Positions 19,468 to 29,352 are shown, numbered from the stretch's first letter. The stretch is DNA of 64,000 nucleotides from Deltaproteobacteria bacterium (GCA_016208255.1 JACQYK010000175.1:3944-67943); one strand, 5' to 3'. Notes: generated by a model from the letters alone, not told the origin. Program-made: numbers and translations.

Positions 19468-21093
19468 TTAGTTCTTTTCCCCAAATTGTTCGACGAGTTT
19501 ATTCTTCATCACCTTTCCCCCCGGATTGGTCGGCATCTCCGATAAAAAGAAAACCTTTTGAGGTATTTTATAAGAGGCTAACTGATCCCGGCAGTACTCC
19601 TTTATTTCTTCCAGGGTAATTTTTCCGGCGCCCGGCCGGGGGACGACGGCACAGGCCACCCTACCGCCCATGACCGGATCGGGCAGGCTGAAAACCGCCA
19701 CATCCAGAATCTTGGGGTGGAGATGGAGGACGTTTTCCACCTCGACCGGATAGACATTTTCCCCTCCACGGTTGATCATCTCCCGGCTGCGTCCCACCAG
19801 ATAGAGGAATCCATCCTTATCCTGATAGGCCATGTCGCCGGTATAAAACCATCCCTGTTGAAATACTTTGGCGGTTTCTTCGGGTACTTTATAATACCCT
19901 TTGGTGACCAGCGCACCGCGCACCGCCAGTTCACCGACGGCATTCGGGCCCAATTCTTTCCTGGTCAGGAGATCGACGATTTTAACTTCGGTACACAAGT
20001 TCGGTTTTCCTACGGAGGTGGGGTGAGTTTCCAGGTATAAATCCGGTAGCGCGCTGATGGAGGGGGCCTCCGTCATCCCATATCCATTCCTGAGGCGGGC
20101 CGAGGGAAAAACTTCTTTAAGTTCTTTTAACAGATCGGGGGCCATGGGGGCCGCACCAAAACCAAGCCTCCGGATACTGTCCACCCTGGAACCGCGAATG
20201 GCCGTTTTATTAAGCAGCAGCCAATACATGGTCGGTGTTCCGGTTAAACCAAAAAGTTCCCCCCGGTTTATGAGATCCATAATTTCCTGGGGGTTGAAAG
20301 AGGCCAGCAGAATACTGCCACGTCCTAGAAATACGGCTGCTACCATCTGCTCAATAGCCATGATGTGAAAAAGGGGAGCGACGATCAACATATATTGCTT
20401 TTGAGGCAGTTCCGGGGCTGGGGAACCTGAAGAGGCCGACAGGGCCAATCCTCGAGCGATCGTTGCCCCGGACCTGAAGGCACAAGTAATGATGTTGCGA
20501 TGAGTGAGCATGACCCCTTTGGGTATTCCGGAGGTCCCGGAGGTGAATAGGATGAAGGCCGTATCTTCTTCGGAAATTAGCTCTGCCGGCCCGGTTTGTT
20601 TCCCGGCAGGCAGGTCCCTTATCCAACCATCTCCAAGTACAAACTGCTGGAAGGTAAGGTTCTCGGAAGGCAGTTCTCTTAACTTTTCCGACATCAGCAG
20701 TGAAGAAATTAACAGCTTAAGATCTGAAAATTGTAACTGTCGTTCCAGTTCCGGAGTGGCTAATCGGGTATTAAAAATGACCGCCGTGGCTCCCAGGTTC
20801 TGGATAGCCCAGAAGGAGATAACAAAACCGATGGAATTCTCCATCAGGATGCCAACTTGGTCCCCTGGACCGGCCTCGGCCTTCTCTTTGATACGGGAGG
20901 CCAGCCTGACCGCCAGGTCCGCAGCCTGGCCGAATGTGATCCGGTTTTGTTCCTCGATCAGATAAATTTCATCCTTATAAGTGATGGTGCTTTGAAGAAA
21001 CATTTCCCACATATTTCGGAAACGGTTCTTGAAGGTCTGTATCGGATAACCTCCCACCTCAACGGTTTCTAATGAAAAATCATCAGTCAACAT
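19468..21093 (-). CDS. AMP-dependent acyl-CoA synthetase/ligase
   Basis: 541 aa. AMP-binding motif FTSGTSGIPKG, plus YGMTE and a C-terminal GKVMK. Confidence 0.92.
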   Translation of the reverse strand: MLTDDFSLETVEVGGYPIQTFKNRFRNMWEMFLQSTITYKDEIYLIEEQNRITFGQAADLAVRLASRIKEKAEAGPGDQVGILMENSIGFVISFWAIQNLGATAVIFNTRLATPELERQLQFSDLKLLISSLLMSEKLRELPSENLTFQQFVLGDGWIRDLPAGKQTGPAELISEEDTAFILFTSGTSGIPKGVMLTHRNIITCAFRSGATIARGLALSASSGSPAPELPQKQYMLIVAPLFHIMAIEQMVAAVFLGRGSILLASFNPQEIMDLINRGELFGLTGTPTMYWLLLNKTAIRGSRVDSIRRLGFGAAPMAPDLLKELKEVFPSARLRNGYGMTEAPSISALPDLYLETHPTSVGKPNLCTEVKIVDLLTRKELGPNAVGELAVRGALVTKGYYKVPEETAKVFQQGWFYTGDMAYQDKDGFLYLVGRSREMINRGGENVYPVEVENVLHLHPKILDVAVFSLPDPVMGGRVACAVVPRPGAGKITLEEIKEYCRDQLASYKIPQKVFFLSEMPTNPGGKVMKNKLVEQFGEKN

Positions 21094-21166
21094 AATGGTA
21101 AACCTCCTAACTCTTTTCTATGGGAAGGTATTATCTTTAGAGATTATCTTTAATAGTTATTATATA

Positions 21167-21221
21167 TGATAGTATGTTTTATTGATAGTAAAAAAATATT
21201 ACTTTAAAAAAATAAAGTCAA
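21167..21221 (-). promoter_or_regulatory. Candidate sigma70 promoter with two TACTATCA boxes upstream of the ligase operon
   Basis: The minus strand reads TTGACT-N17-TATTTT-ttt-TACTATCA-N8-TACTATCA. It shares TTGACTTTAT and the boxes with 12361-12401. Confidence 0.4.
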
Positions 21222-21309
21222 GCGATTTTTTTCAATAATCTTATTGTGGAGAAAAGAACCAGATAGGGACAGCAAGGAGAGAAATGAATGCAGTATGTTA
21301 TTGCAATAA

Positions 21310-21705
21310 TAGAATCCGTGACCAAGAGGGGTTGACAGGATTAATAGGTGCTTTCCCGTCACGGACCGGAAATCAATCACCCTGTTTTAGAAGATCGACC
21401 AACACACCTCCAACCTTTATTGGTAAGATTAATTCTCAGGGAACCGGTTTGTCCGGGGCGTTGACGGCCACGATGACATCTTCTTCGGGGGTTTCCCGGG
21501 CGAAAGCTAATTGCTCGGACTTAACCAGAAGCGGACGATAATCGCCGGGGCGCAGGGCAGGGGAGTGGAGCCGGATATGAGACAGGCGGCTGGTGATCCA
21601 GCCAAGGATTAACGGGAGAGCAAAAGTCATTTTTAGGAGGAGCCCCGCAAAAACCAAACGGATAAATGTGATAGAAAACCGAATCAAAAGCCCAGTGATC
21701 CAATA
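21310..21705 (-). pseudogene. Remnant of a second GH13 paralogue (N-terminal ~40 aa joined to C-terminal ~90 aa)
   Basis: HWAFDSVFYHIYPFGFCGAPPKNDFCSP and YRPLLVKSEQLAFARETPEEDVIVAVNAPDKPVP match the two ends of the 10222-11506 gene. DNA identity is roughly 75-80% by eye over ~100 nt. Confidence 0.7.
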
Positions 21706-21755
21706 TCAATTTCCTTTGTACTATTTTAATGGGACTCCACCACCCCAATACAAAC

Positions 21756-22460
21756 TTACAAATATTCTTCTAACTCTTGTTTGAGTTTGGCAATCTGACT
21801 CATCGCTTCATCCGCTAACGCCTGATGGCTGTGATGATGATTGGCATAAATCGGCTTTCCAAAACTCACAATCAATTTTTTAAATTTTCCGATATGTCCT
21901 GAATTGTGAATGTACATGGGAAGAATAGGGGCGCCGGTTTTTTGGGCCAGGAGACCCAGGCCCGCCTTGGCCGGCTGAAAGTGATCGGTTTTGCCGCGTC
22001 CCCCTTCCGGGAAAATAATCAACGCCCCATTTTTTGAGAGAATTGCCACTGACAACCGAAGGGCCGCGATATCTCCCCCTCGACGCTTCAGCGGATGAGC
22101 ATTGCATTGGGTGATGATCCAACCAAAAGGTCGGAATCTAAAAAGCTCTTCTTTGGCCAGAAAATGAACCGGGCGGGGGATGGTTATTCCAACGACTTGC
22201 GGATCGGCATAGGATTTATGGTTGCTGGCAATAATGAGCGACCCTTTTAGGGGAACACGTTCAGCATGCCTTATTTGCAATCTCCAGACGATTTTATATA
22301 CCCAATAAAAAAGGAAGCGGCTGAGCCGATAGACAAATCTTAATTCATTAGGGTCCCGGTCCAAGACTGACTTTTTCATCACACCGATATTAATTTCCTG
22401 AGATTTGACCAAAATGTCGGAAAAGAAAGGTCGCTGCTTGCCAAGGTTTAATGCCTTCAA
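21756..22460 (-). CDS. plsC: 1-acyl-sn-glycerol-3-phosphate acyltransferase
   Basis: 234 aa. HX4D motif NHKSYADP and FPEGGRG. The TTG start overlaps the upstream stop; an alternative ATG is at 22379. Confidence 0.88.
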   Translation of the reverse strand: MKALNLGKQRPFFSDILVKSQEINIGVMKKSVLDRDPNELRFVYRLSRFLFYWVYKIVWRLQIRHAERVPLKGSLIIASNHKSYADPQVVGITIPRPVHFLAKEELFRFRPFGWIITQCNAHPLKRRGGDIAALRLSVAILSKNGALIIFPEGGRGKTDHFQPAKAGLGLLAQKTGAPILPMYIHNSGHIGKFKKLIVSFGKPIYANHHHSHQALADEAMSQIAKLKQELEEYL

Positions 22461-23455
22461 TGATGAGCGCCTCTTGGTTCTTTTTGATAAAAGAAGATCC
22501 GCCCATTTATTTGACTCCTTCCAATTTTTCCCTCTTTTTCCAGTTGCAGCAAATGAACATAGGTTTCATTGAAGGCCAGGCCCTGGTCAAAACCGGAAAG
22601 GGAGTCCCCGAAAATCCTTTTTGATATTTCGGAGGTCAGTTGGGGAGTATTAGAAACGGATCGCCAGGTCAAATCTTTTCTCTGGATATGATGCTCGATA
22701 ATTTCTTTCACCCGCCCGGGGAGATCCTCAAAAGGCTCCCCATGGGCGGGATAGACCGTCTTGACCGGCAAGGCCCTGATCCGCTCCAACGACCCTATGA
22801 AATTTTCCAGGGGGAGGAAGGTCGGACAGGCCGGGTCCGGACTCAGGTTTGGGGTTATATGGGGCAGGATACAATCCCCGGAGAGAAAGATTTGTTCTTC
22901 CGGTAAATAAAAGGAAAGATGACCCCGGGTGTGGCCCGGAGTAAAGAGGGCGCAAAAGGTCCTGCCTCCAATTTTTATCAATGCTCCGTCATTCAAAAAA
23001 TGATTGGTGAGGAATGGGGCAGTGGCCGAAGTGAAAGCGTCTAATACGGTGCTAAAGGCAACGATGGTTTTTTCATCCAGTCCATACTGCCGCCAAAAGT
23101 TTCCGATTGACTCAATTTTTCGATGATCCCGATGAGCCCGGGTAATGGCCTCGAATTCTACCTCAGACAAAAAGATACGGGCTTCTGAGATTTCTTTGAT
23201 TCGTCCGGCGAATCCGCAATGGTCCACATGGGAATGGGTGATGAAAATCCGGTCCACATCCTCGATAGACCGCCCGATGCGGGCTAAAGCGCTTTTATAC
23301 ATGGAAAAGCTGGAAGGGAGGGAGGGCCCGGTATCGAAAAGGGCGACCCGATCCTGTTCCAAAGCGGCATAGGTATGGACAAAATCAAGTCCAAAGGCCA
23401 GTGGGATGCTGATCCGGTATAGCCCCGGGGCGATTTCTTGAACGGTTTCTTTCAA
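22457..23455 (-). CDS. MBL-fold metallo-hydrolase
   Basis: 332 aa. HxHxDH motif THSHVDHCG, and a later GHTRGH. Confidence 0.85.
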   Translation of the reverse strand: MKETVQEIAPGLYRISIPLAFGLDFVHTYAALEQDRVALFDTGPSLPSSFSMYKSALARIGRSIEDVDRIFITHSHVDHCGFAGRIKEISEARIFLSEVEFEAITRAHRDHRKIESIGNFWRQYGLDEKTIVAFSTVLDAFTSATAPFLTNHFLNDGALIKIGGRTFCALFTPGHTRGHLSFYLPEEQIFLSGDCILPHITPNLSPDPACPTFLPLENFIGSLERIRALPVKTVYPAHGEPFEDLPGRVKEIIEHHIQRKDLTWRSVSNTPQLTSEISKRIFGDSLSGFDQGLAFNETYVHLLQLEKEGKIGRSQINGRIFFYQKEPRGAHH

Positions 23456-23482
23456 TGGGTACCTTTATTGCGCAGGTCGTTG

Positions 23483-24304
23483 TTATTTTTTCCCGCCTCT
23501 AAGTCTGGTCATGGACGCTTTCATGGCATCTTGACTGTCTTGGGTGGTACGAATCACTCCCATATGGGATGAGATCATATCCAGGGCCGTCCGCAAATCA
23601 ACACGACTGCTCTGATAGACGGCGCGTTTGATCAGTTGAATGACCTTGGTCGGTCCGTCGGCCAACTGCCGGGCAAATTGGTAGGTCTCTTCCATCAATT
23701 GGTTGTCGGGGAAGACCTTATTGACCATTCCGATACGCTCCGCCTCCGGCGCGAAAATAAAGTCACCGGTCATCAGAAGCTCCAGGGCTTTGGCAACCCC
23801 GACCAGTCTGGGCAGATAGTAAGCCCCTCCGTCTCCGGGGACAAATCCGACCTTGACGTATCCTTCCGAAAACCTGGCCGACTCGGCGGCAAAGCGGATA
23901 TCGCACATCAGGGCCATGTCCAGCCCGGCGCCGACGGCCACACCGTTTAAGGCGGCGATGACCGGTTTATCCGTATCCTCCAGGGTCAGGGGAATACGGT
24001 GGATCCGTTCCCATAAGTTGCTTTTGTGATCAAAGGCCGTCGGGGCCGCGGTGGCCCCCTCTTGAGCCGGCGCAAAATAGGCACCGGCGCAGAAAGAATC
24101 GCCGCTCCCCGTCAGGACAATGACCTTGACCTCCGGGTCGGTACGCCATTCCTGCAGGGCATTGGCCCATTGGTCAATCATGTCCATGGAAAAGGAGTTT
24201 TTCCTCTCGGGGCAATTTAAAGTAATCGTGGCAATCCCATTCTCTTTTTTAAATAAAATCTCCGGCTTGTTCATGATTAGTCCTTTCTCTCTTGATTTGA
24301 CCAT
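23483..24304 (-). CDS. Enoyl-CoA hydratase/isomerase (crotonase family)
   Basis: 273 aa. Crotonase pattern ITLNCPERKN...FCAGAY...AALNGVAVGAGLDMALMCD. Confidence 0.9.
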   Translation of the reverse strand: MVKSREKGLIMNKPEILFKKENGIATITLNCPERKNSFSMDMIDQWANALQEWRTDPEVKVIVLTGSGDSFCAGAYFAPAQEGATAAPTAFDHKSNLWERIHRIPLTLEDTDKPVIAALNGVAVGAGLDMALMCDIRFAAESARFSEGYVKVGFVPGDGGAYYLPRLVGVAKALELLMTGDFIFAPEAERIGMVNKVFPDNQLMEETYQFARQLADGPTKVIQLIKRAVYQSSRVDLRTALDMISSHMGVIRTTQDSQDAMKASMTRLRGGKK

Positions 24305-24434
24305 TCAAATTTTCTTTAGGCCTTGCCGTCTCACCTGCAAAAATTTTATTTACCTTATAACTACCTCAGATTGAATTTATGTCAAGTGATTCTTGAACGG
24401 CCCGCAAAAGAGGAACAGGGGCTGATCATAATTT

Positions 24435-24464
24435 TTGACATTAGTGCGGGTCTCATTGTAATAT
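24435..24464 (+). promoter_or_regulatory. Candidate sigma70 promoter
   Basis: TTGACA (24435-24440), an 18-nt spacer, then TAATAT (24459-24464). It lies ~120 nt upstream of the MoaD/ThiS-like reading frame. Confidence 0.45.
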
Positions 24465-24583
24465 CAAGCGGAACCGGAACATGATCATCCCCCTCTTTTT
24501 CCCTTTAGGATACCTGGTTGGATACATCTGACTGGTAAAAGGGGATCAGGGAGGCAACCTCTTTTTCAGGCGAAGTCTTCTTT

Positions 24584-24822
24584 ACGAACGTCACCGTTAA
24601 ATTATTCGGGACCTTGAGTGACCTTTTCCCGGAGTATGATTTTGAGAAAGGTCTGGAATTGGATCTGCCCGAAGGCTCGAAAGTGGCCGATCTTTTAACC
24701 CTTCTGGATATTTCCGATGACCGGGGGGAACGGTATTGATGGGCAGCCGGTTTTTGTCCAGGGAGGAAAAGGTGTTCCCCGGATCACAGGTCCTCATTTT
24801 TCAAGCCCTGAATGGGGGGTGA
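24584..24822 (+). pseudogene. MoaD/ThiS-family sulfur-carrier (beta-grasp, C-terminal GG), frameshifted with no start codon
   Basis: (T)NVTVKLFGTLSDLFPEYDFEKGLELDLPEGSKVADLLTLLDISDDRG is in one frame. TVLMGSRFLSREEKVFPGSQVLIFQALNGG* is in the -1 frame. The junction is the G6 run at 24723-24728. ACG occupies the position where ATG is expected. Confidence 0.6.
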
Positions 24823-24829
24823 AATCCTA

Positions 24830-25100
24830 ACCCACCCTGACCCTCCCAACTTGGAGGTTGTGTCGCAATGGCAATTCTTTCATTCCTTGCAGCGAAGCGC
24901 GAGACGGAATCCTGTATTTTTAGGAAGTTCTGGATACCGGCTTTCGCTCGACCTCCTTTGGAGGTCTCTTAATTGAGGTCGGTATTCGGCATCCGAATGG
25001 ATGCCTCTTCAAAAGCTCGATGAAATCGAGCGGCCCGACCGACCGGTATGACGGTTTTGCTGGCACTTTTAGTATTTACGGCACACCCTCTTGCGGGGGA
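24830..25100. repeat. Composite repeat-rich spacer
   Basis: Contains the module CCTCTTCAAAAGCTCGATGAAATCGAGCGGCCCGACC (25004-25040), which recurs at 48758-48794, and a degenerate family-C-like CTGGATACCGGCTTTCGC. Confidence 0.5.
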
Positions 25101-25130
25101 GGGAGGTAATGGCAGTTATGGAGTTAAGGT

Positions 25131-26024
25131 ATGTTAGGTGCCGGTATTGCGCTGCTCACGTCGCTGGCCTGGTCGATAAGCAGTATCTGTGTCAAGCTGG
25201 TGGCTGACAGAGTTGAGTCGCTGATCATCAACACCCTTCGCACCTGGGTCGGTTCGGCCCTGCTCATCTCCTTAGTCATGGTTACCGGCCGCTATGAGAC
25301 TCTTTCCCAAATTTCTTGGGAATCATTCGTCTATGTGGTCAGCTCCGGTATTCTGGCCATGGCCATCGGGGACACGATCTATATTAAAAGTGTATCCCTT
25401 TTGGACGTCTCCATCGCCTTTCCTCTCTCCCAGTGCGCTTTCATCCTTTTAACGGTCCTGTCGGCGATTTTATTTTTAGGAGAACAGTTTACCTGGATCA
25501 CCATCACCGGGGGCGTTTTGGTGGTTCTGGGCATTTACTTGATGACCTCATCCCGGGGCCGGGGAGGCGTCCCAACGGATAGAAAACGGGTCAATCCCAA
25601 GGGTTTGTTTTTCATTCTGATCGCCATTCTGGCCTGGACCGGGGCCACCCTCTTATTGAAAATCGGGGTCACTGGAGTGGACCCTTTTATCGCCGCCTGT
25701 TTGAGAATATCCACTTCGGCGATTGTTTTATTCTTTTTTTTCCATTCCAGGCCGAACAAGGAAAACACCCCATTGAGGCAGATCAGCAAAAAAAACCTGG
25801 CCCTGGTGGCCTCCGCCGGGTTTCTCACTTACGGTGTGGCGGCGGTAGGATACATATCGGCCATTCAATTGATCGGCGCGGGGAAAACGGTGCTTCTGAC
25901 CGCCATTGCCCCCATCTTCGCCTTGCCTTTTGCCATCTTCATCCTCGGTGAAAAACCTACGAGATATACCCTGTTGGGAGTCATGATCAGTGTCATCGGT
26001 GTTTGGCTGGTGGTGGTTAAATAA
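25131..26024 (+). CDS. EamA/DMT-family transporter
   Basis: 297 aa with ~10 predicted TM helices in two EamA-like halves. Confidence 0.85.
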   Translation: MLGAGIALLTSLAWSISSICVKLVADRVESLIINTLRTWVGSALLISLVMVTGRYETLSQISWESFVYVVSSGILAMAIGDTIYIKSVSLLDVSIAFPLSQCAFILLTVLSAILFLGEQFTWITITGGVLVVLGIYLMTSSRGRGGVPTDRKRVNPKGLFFILIAILAWTGATLLLKIGVTGVDPFIAACLRISTSAIVLFFFFHSRPNKENTPLRQISKKNLALVASAGFLTYGVAAVGYISAIQLIGAGKTVLLTAIAPIFALPFAIFILGEKPTRYTLLGVMISVIGVWLVVVK

Positions 26025-26047
26025 CGGCTCTGAAAAGAAGTGACTTG

Positions 26048-26386
26048 TTATCCCTGCAGATCTTGAATATCCAAAGCAATACTGAGGGCACGATTAAGCT
26101 CTTCGATCTTTTGCGGGGAAAGCGACCCAACGAAGTTCGTTAGAATCGACTTGGGCAGACTTACCAGTTCATCACAATGGATACTGCTGTCGTGCTTTAA
26201 CCCATCTTTTACACCAACCGAGACTTGAGTGGAAAGGCTGTCATGAACAGAATAAATTGGAGCACAGACAACCGTGGAGAAACGCGAATCTATGAGAACT
26301 TGGCGGCTAACAATAACAAATACTCTGGATTTTTTGGGATCCTTGGCTGAAGGATTAGCCACACGATACAGTTCCCCACGTTTCAC
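26048..26386 (-). CDS. mazF: MazF/PemK-family type II toxin (endoribonuclease)
   Basis: 112 aa. MKRGELYRV...RVFVIVSRQ...VVCAPIYS is typical of PemK/MazF. It overlaps the upstream RHH gene by 4 nt. Confidence 0.88.
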   Translation of the reverse strand: MKRGELYRVANPSAKDPKKSRVFVIVSRQVLIDSRFSTVVCAPIYSVHDSLSTQVSVGVKDGLKHDSSIHCDELVSLPKSILTNFVGSLSPQKIEELNRALSIALDIQDLQG

Positions 26387-26613
26387 AGATCCACCTGATA
26401 GCCAAGGACTTCCTTTGCTTCCTGATTTAGATAATCCGCGCGTCGATCGATTATTTCAAGGTCTCTGGCTTCCTGCTGACGACGAATCAACAGCTTGATA
26501 AAAAACCTGATCGCCTCCTCGATGAACTCGGAGCGATTATTGTACTCCCTTGCGTATTCATCAATCGCTTTCAATAAGTCCCCAGATAGTGTTATAGATG
26601 TCTTTACTTTCAT
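26383..26613 (-). CDS. Ribbon-helix-helix (CopG/MazE-like) antitoxin
   Basis: An internal ATG at 26613 gives 76 aa beginning [38 protein letters not shown] (RHH fold pattern). The longer track ORF (to 26712) would overlap purA. Confidence 0.75.
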   Translation of the reverse strand: MKVKTSITLSGDLLKAIDEYAREYNNRSEFIEEAIRFFIKLLIRRQQEARDLEIIDRRADYLNQEAKEVLGYQVDL

Positions 26614-26708
26614 ACTACTTTTATACTCCGTTAAGAATACTTTGTCAAAGAGAAAAATTAATATTGTTTTTCGCCCGTTTTTATTTGTCTCAAGGATAAA
26701 AGTCCTCT

Positions 26709-28019
26709 TCACACACAGGCCTTGTTCTGAAAGATGGCTTCCCGTTCAGGTCCGACTGAAATCCAGCGAATGGGCACTTCGATCAGCGCCTCGATGCGTC
26801 GGATATAGGTTCTAGCTTCAGTTGGAAGATCCCTTAAAGACCTCGCTCCGGAAATATCTGTTTTCCAACCGGACAGAAATTCATAGAGCGGCTTAGCCCT
26901 TTCCAGAATCGCCGAAGGGGGAAAGTCATTTGTTGTCTGGCCGTCTATGGCATAGGCGGTACAGATGGGTATTTCATCCAGAAAACCCAGGACATCCAAC
27001 ATAGAAAGGGCGACCTCGGTCGCCCCCTGGAGGCGGCAGCCATAGCGAGTAGCCACGACATCGAACCAGCCTATCCGTCTGGGCCGTCCGGTAGTGGCCC
27101 CGTATTCCCCGGCATCGCCGCCGCGCTCTCTAAGCCTTTCCGCCTCGGAACCGAATATTTCCGTAATAAAAGGGCCGTCTCCCACACAGGTTGAATAGGC
27201 TTTGGTGACCGCGACAACCTCCCCGATAGCCCCGGCCGGCAGCCCCGCTCCCACGCTGGCGAATCCGGCCAGGGTCGAAGAGGAGGTGGTGAAAGGATAG
27301 ATGCCGTGATCGGGATCTCTGAGGGCTCCCAGTTGTCCTTCAAGAAGGATGCTTCTGTTTTGCGCCAAGGCTTCATCAAGCAGAGATGAGCTGTCACAGA
27401 CAAAAGGAGCCAGCTTTTCCCCGGCCTGGATCAAATCAGATATCAGTTCATCGGCGGAAAGAGTGGGGCGGCCGTAAAGATATTTTAGGAGGATATTTTT
27501 GGGGGTCAGACTCTGATCGATCCGCCGCCGGAGCCTTTTCCTATCGAATAAATCCGCTACCTGGATTCCCAACTTCCCGTATTTATCGCTATAAAAGGGG
27601 GCTATACCGGCTAAAGTGGATCCGAAACAATTTCGTCCCAGACGTTCTTCTTCATATTGGTCAAGCAGGACATGATAGGGCATGACAATCTGGGCCCGGT
27701 TGGATACCTGAACCTTGGGCTGGGGTACTCCCTGTGCCGCCAGATCGGCCAGTTCATCAAAAAAACACTGAAGGTCCAGGGCCATTCCCGATCCTAATAT
27801 ATTCCTCACCTGGGGATAAAAGACCCCGGATGGCAGAAGATGCAGAACGTTCTTTCCGTATTGGTTGATGATCGTGTGTCCGGCGTTGCGCCCTCCCTGA
27901 TAGCGAACGACGAAGTTCACCTGACCGGCTAAAAAATCGGTTATTTTCCCTTTGCCCTCATCCCCCCAATTGGCTCCGACCACCGCTTGAACCGGCATGG
28001 TTGCACCTCCTAAGGTCAT
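26709..28019 (-). CDS. purA: Adenylosuccinate synthase
   Basis: 436 aa. P-loop GANWGDEGKGK, plus GATTGRPRR. The start may instead be the ATG at 27998. Confidence 0.95.
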   Translation of the reverse strand: MTLGGATMPVQAVVGANWGDEGKGKITDFLAGQVNFVVRYQGGRNAGHTIINQYGKNVLHLLPSGVFYPQVRNILGSGMALDLQCFFDELADLAAQGVPQPKVQVSNRAQIVMPYHVLLDQYEEERLGRNCFGSTLAGIAPFYSDKYGKLGIQVADLFDRKRLRRRIDQSLTPKNILLKYLYGRPTLSADELISDLIQAGEKLAPFVCDSSSLLDEALAQNRSILLEGQLGALRDPDHGIYPFTTSSSTLAGFASVGAGLPAGAIGEVVAVTKAYSTCVGDGPFITEIFGSEAERLRERGGDAGEYGATTGRPRRIGWFDVVATRYGCRLQGATEVALSMLDVLGFLDEIPICTAYAIDGQTTNDFPPSAILERAKPLYEFLSGWKTDISGARSLRDLPTEARTYIRRIEALIEVPIRWISVGPEREAIFQNKACV

Positions 28020-28129
28020 TCCTGGATAAAGCCATTCTGGTTAAGAAAAATTCACTTGCATTGTGAAAATAAACCGGTTTATAGTATAAATCAAATTAAT
28101 AATTATTATAGAATAGATAAGAAAAAATT

Positions 28130-29035
28130 ATGATAATTAGTACCGAACAACTCAACACTTTTTACGCCGTCGCCCTGGAAAAAAACTTTTCCCGGGCTGC
28201 TGAAAAGTTGTTTCGAACCCAGCCTGCGGTGAGCCAGTCCATCCATTCCCTGGAAGATCAATTAGGCCAGCCCTTGTTTTTGAGACAAGGCCGGACCACT
28301 ACCCTGACCCAGGCCGGGCAGATCTTATTGGAACATGTGGAAGAGGTTTTTGAAACTCTGGAAAGAGGGCGTTTTCGCCTGGAGACCTTGAAGGACCTTA
28401 AGGGAGGGCGGCTGACCATCAGTACCAGTGACACCACTGCCTGCTATCTTTTGCCCGAAGTGCTGTCTGCTTTCCGGAAAGGTTATCCGGAAGTGGAGGT
28501 CAACATCCGCTGTAAGCCGTCGCCCCTGGTCGCCGAACAGGTCTTGTCCCATGAAGCCGATATCGGAATTGTCACCCTACCTTTAGAACATCCCAAGCTG
28601 GCCTCGGAGCATTTGATCATCCGGGAAGATGTAGCGATTTGCTCGCCGGATAATCCGCTGCGCGGTCGGAGCAGGATATCCTTTGCCGAACTGGTCCATT
28701 ACCCTCTTCTGCTTCTGGATCGAGGATCGAATACCCGGTCTTATATTGACCAACGACTTAATGAAACCGGGCTTAAACCGAGAATTACCATGGAATTAGG
28801 CAGTATCGAGGTCGTCAAAAGGCTGGTTCAGCTTGACTTTGGGGTTTCCATTGTCCCCCGCATTTCAGTGAGGGAGGAATTAGAGAGGGGAACACTCGCG
28901 GCCATGACTATTTTTAAAAAAAAAGAATGCCGTACCCTGGGAATGGTCTATCCGGCCAAAGGTATTTTCTCCCCGGCGGCTCAAGTTTTCGTGAATATGC
29001 TGAAAGATTATTTCCGGCAAAAAGACTCGACTTGA
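28130..29035 (+). CDS. LysR-family transcriptional regulator
   Basis: 301 aa. N-terminal HTH (LNTFYAVALEKNFSRAAEKLFRTQPAVSQSIHSLE) and a LysR substrate-binding domain. It is divergent from purA. Confidence 0.92.
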   Translation: MIISTEQLNTFYAVALEKNFSRAAEKLFRTQPAVSQSIHSLEDQLGQPLFLRQGRTTTLTQAGQILLEHVEEVFETLERGRFRLETLKDLKGGRLTISTSDTTACYLLPEVLSAFRKGYPEVEVNIRCKPSPLVAEQVLSHEADIGIVTLPLEHPKLASEHLIIREDVAICSPDNPLRGRSRISFAELVHYPLLLLDRGSNTRSYIDQRLNETGLKPRITMELGSIEVVKRLVQLDFGVSIVPRISVREELERGTLAAMTIFKKKECRTLGMVYPAKGIFSPAAQVFVNMLKDYFRQKDST

Positions 29036-29352
29036 GAAAAGATATATTAGTTGGTGACGGCATCTTTCCCCACATTTTTTAAAGAAAAATATTCCTCTTC
29101 GTTTTTTCTTTCATTTTCTTTGAATTCTTGAACCCTGGATCGCCTGCAACTCTTTTGGAGAGGATCCATAAATAACAGGTTACCGGTTAACGGAATTTTA
29201 AAAATTAATGGTAGAAAAAATATTGCAGGCCTGATAACATCAGGCTGAATAGATAAGAAGTTGAAAAAAATAAATAATCCAATTCGGCAAATGGGCTTTG
29301 TTTAAAAGCCGGCGAACTGACCGGCAAAAGGGGACGAAGGGGTTAAGAGTTT

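Noticed and set aside
24465-24583. Moco/Wco riboswitch in the ~120-nt leader of the MoaD/ThiS-like gene
   Set aside because: It is tempting by context, but I could not identify the conserved Moco-motif helices by eye. It would need an Rfam/Infernal scan (RF01055) and is not supportable here.
24597-24797. 66-aa minus-strand ORF from the track
   Set aside because: The plus strand encodes a much more convincing, though frameshifted, MoaD/ThiS-like protein ending in GG.
26614-26712. 33-codon N-terminal extension of the RHH antitoxin ORF
   Set aside because: The extension is AT-rich and hydrophobic and would overlap the purA 3' end. RHH antitoxins start right at the beta-strand (MKVKTSITL).
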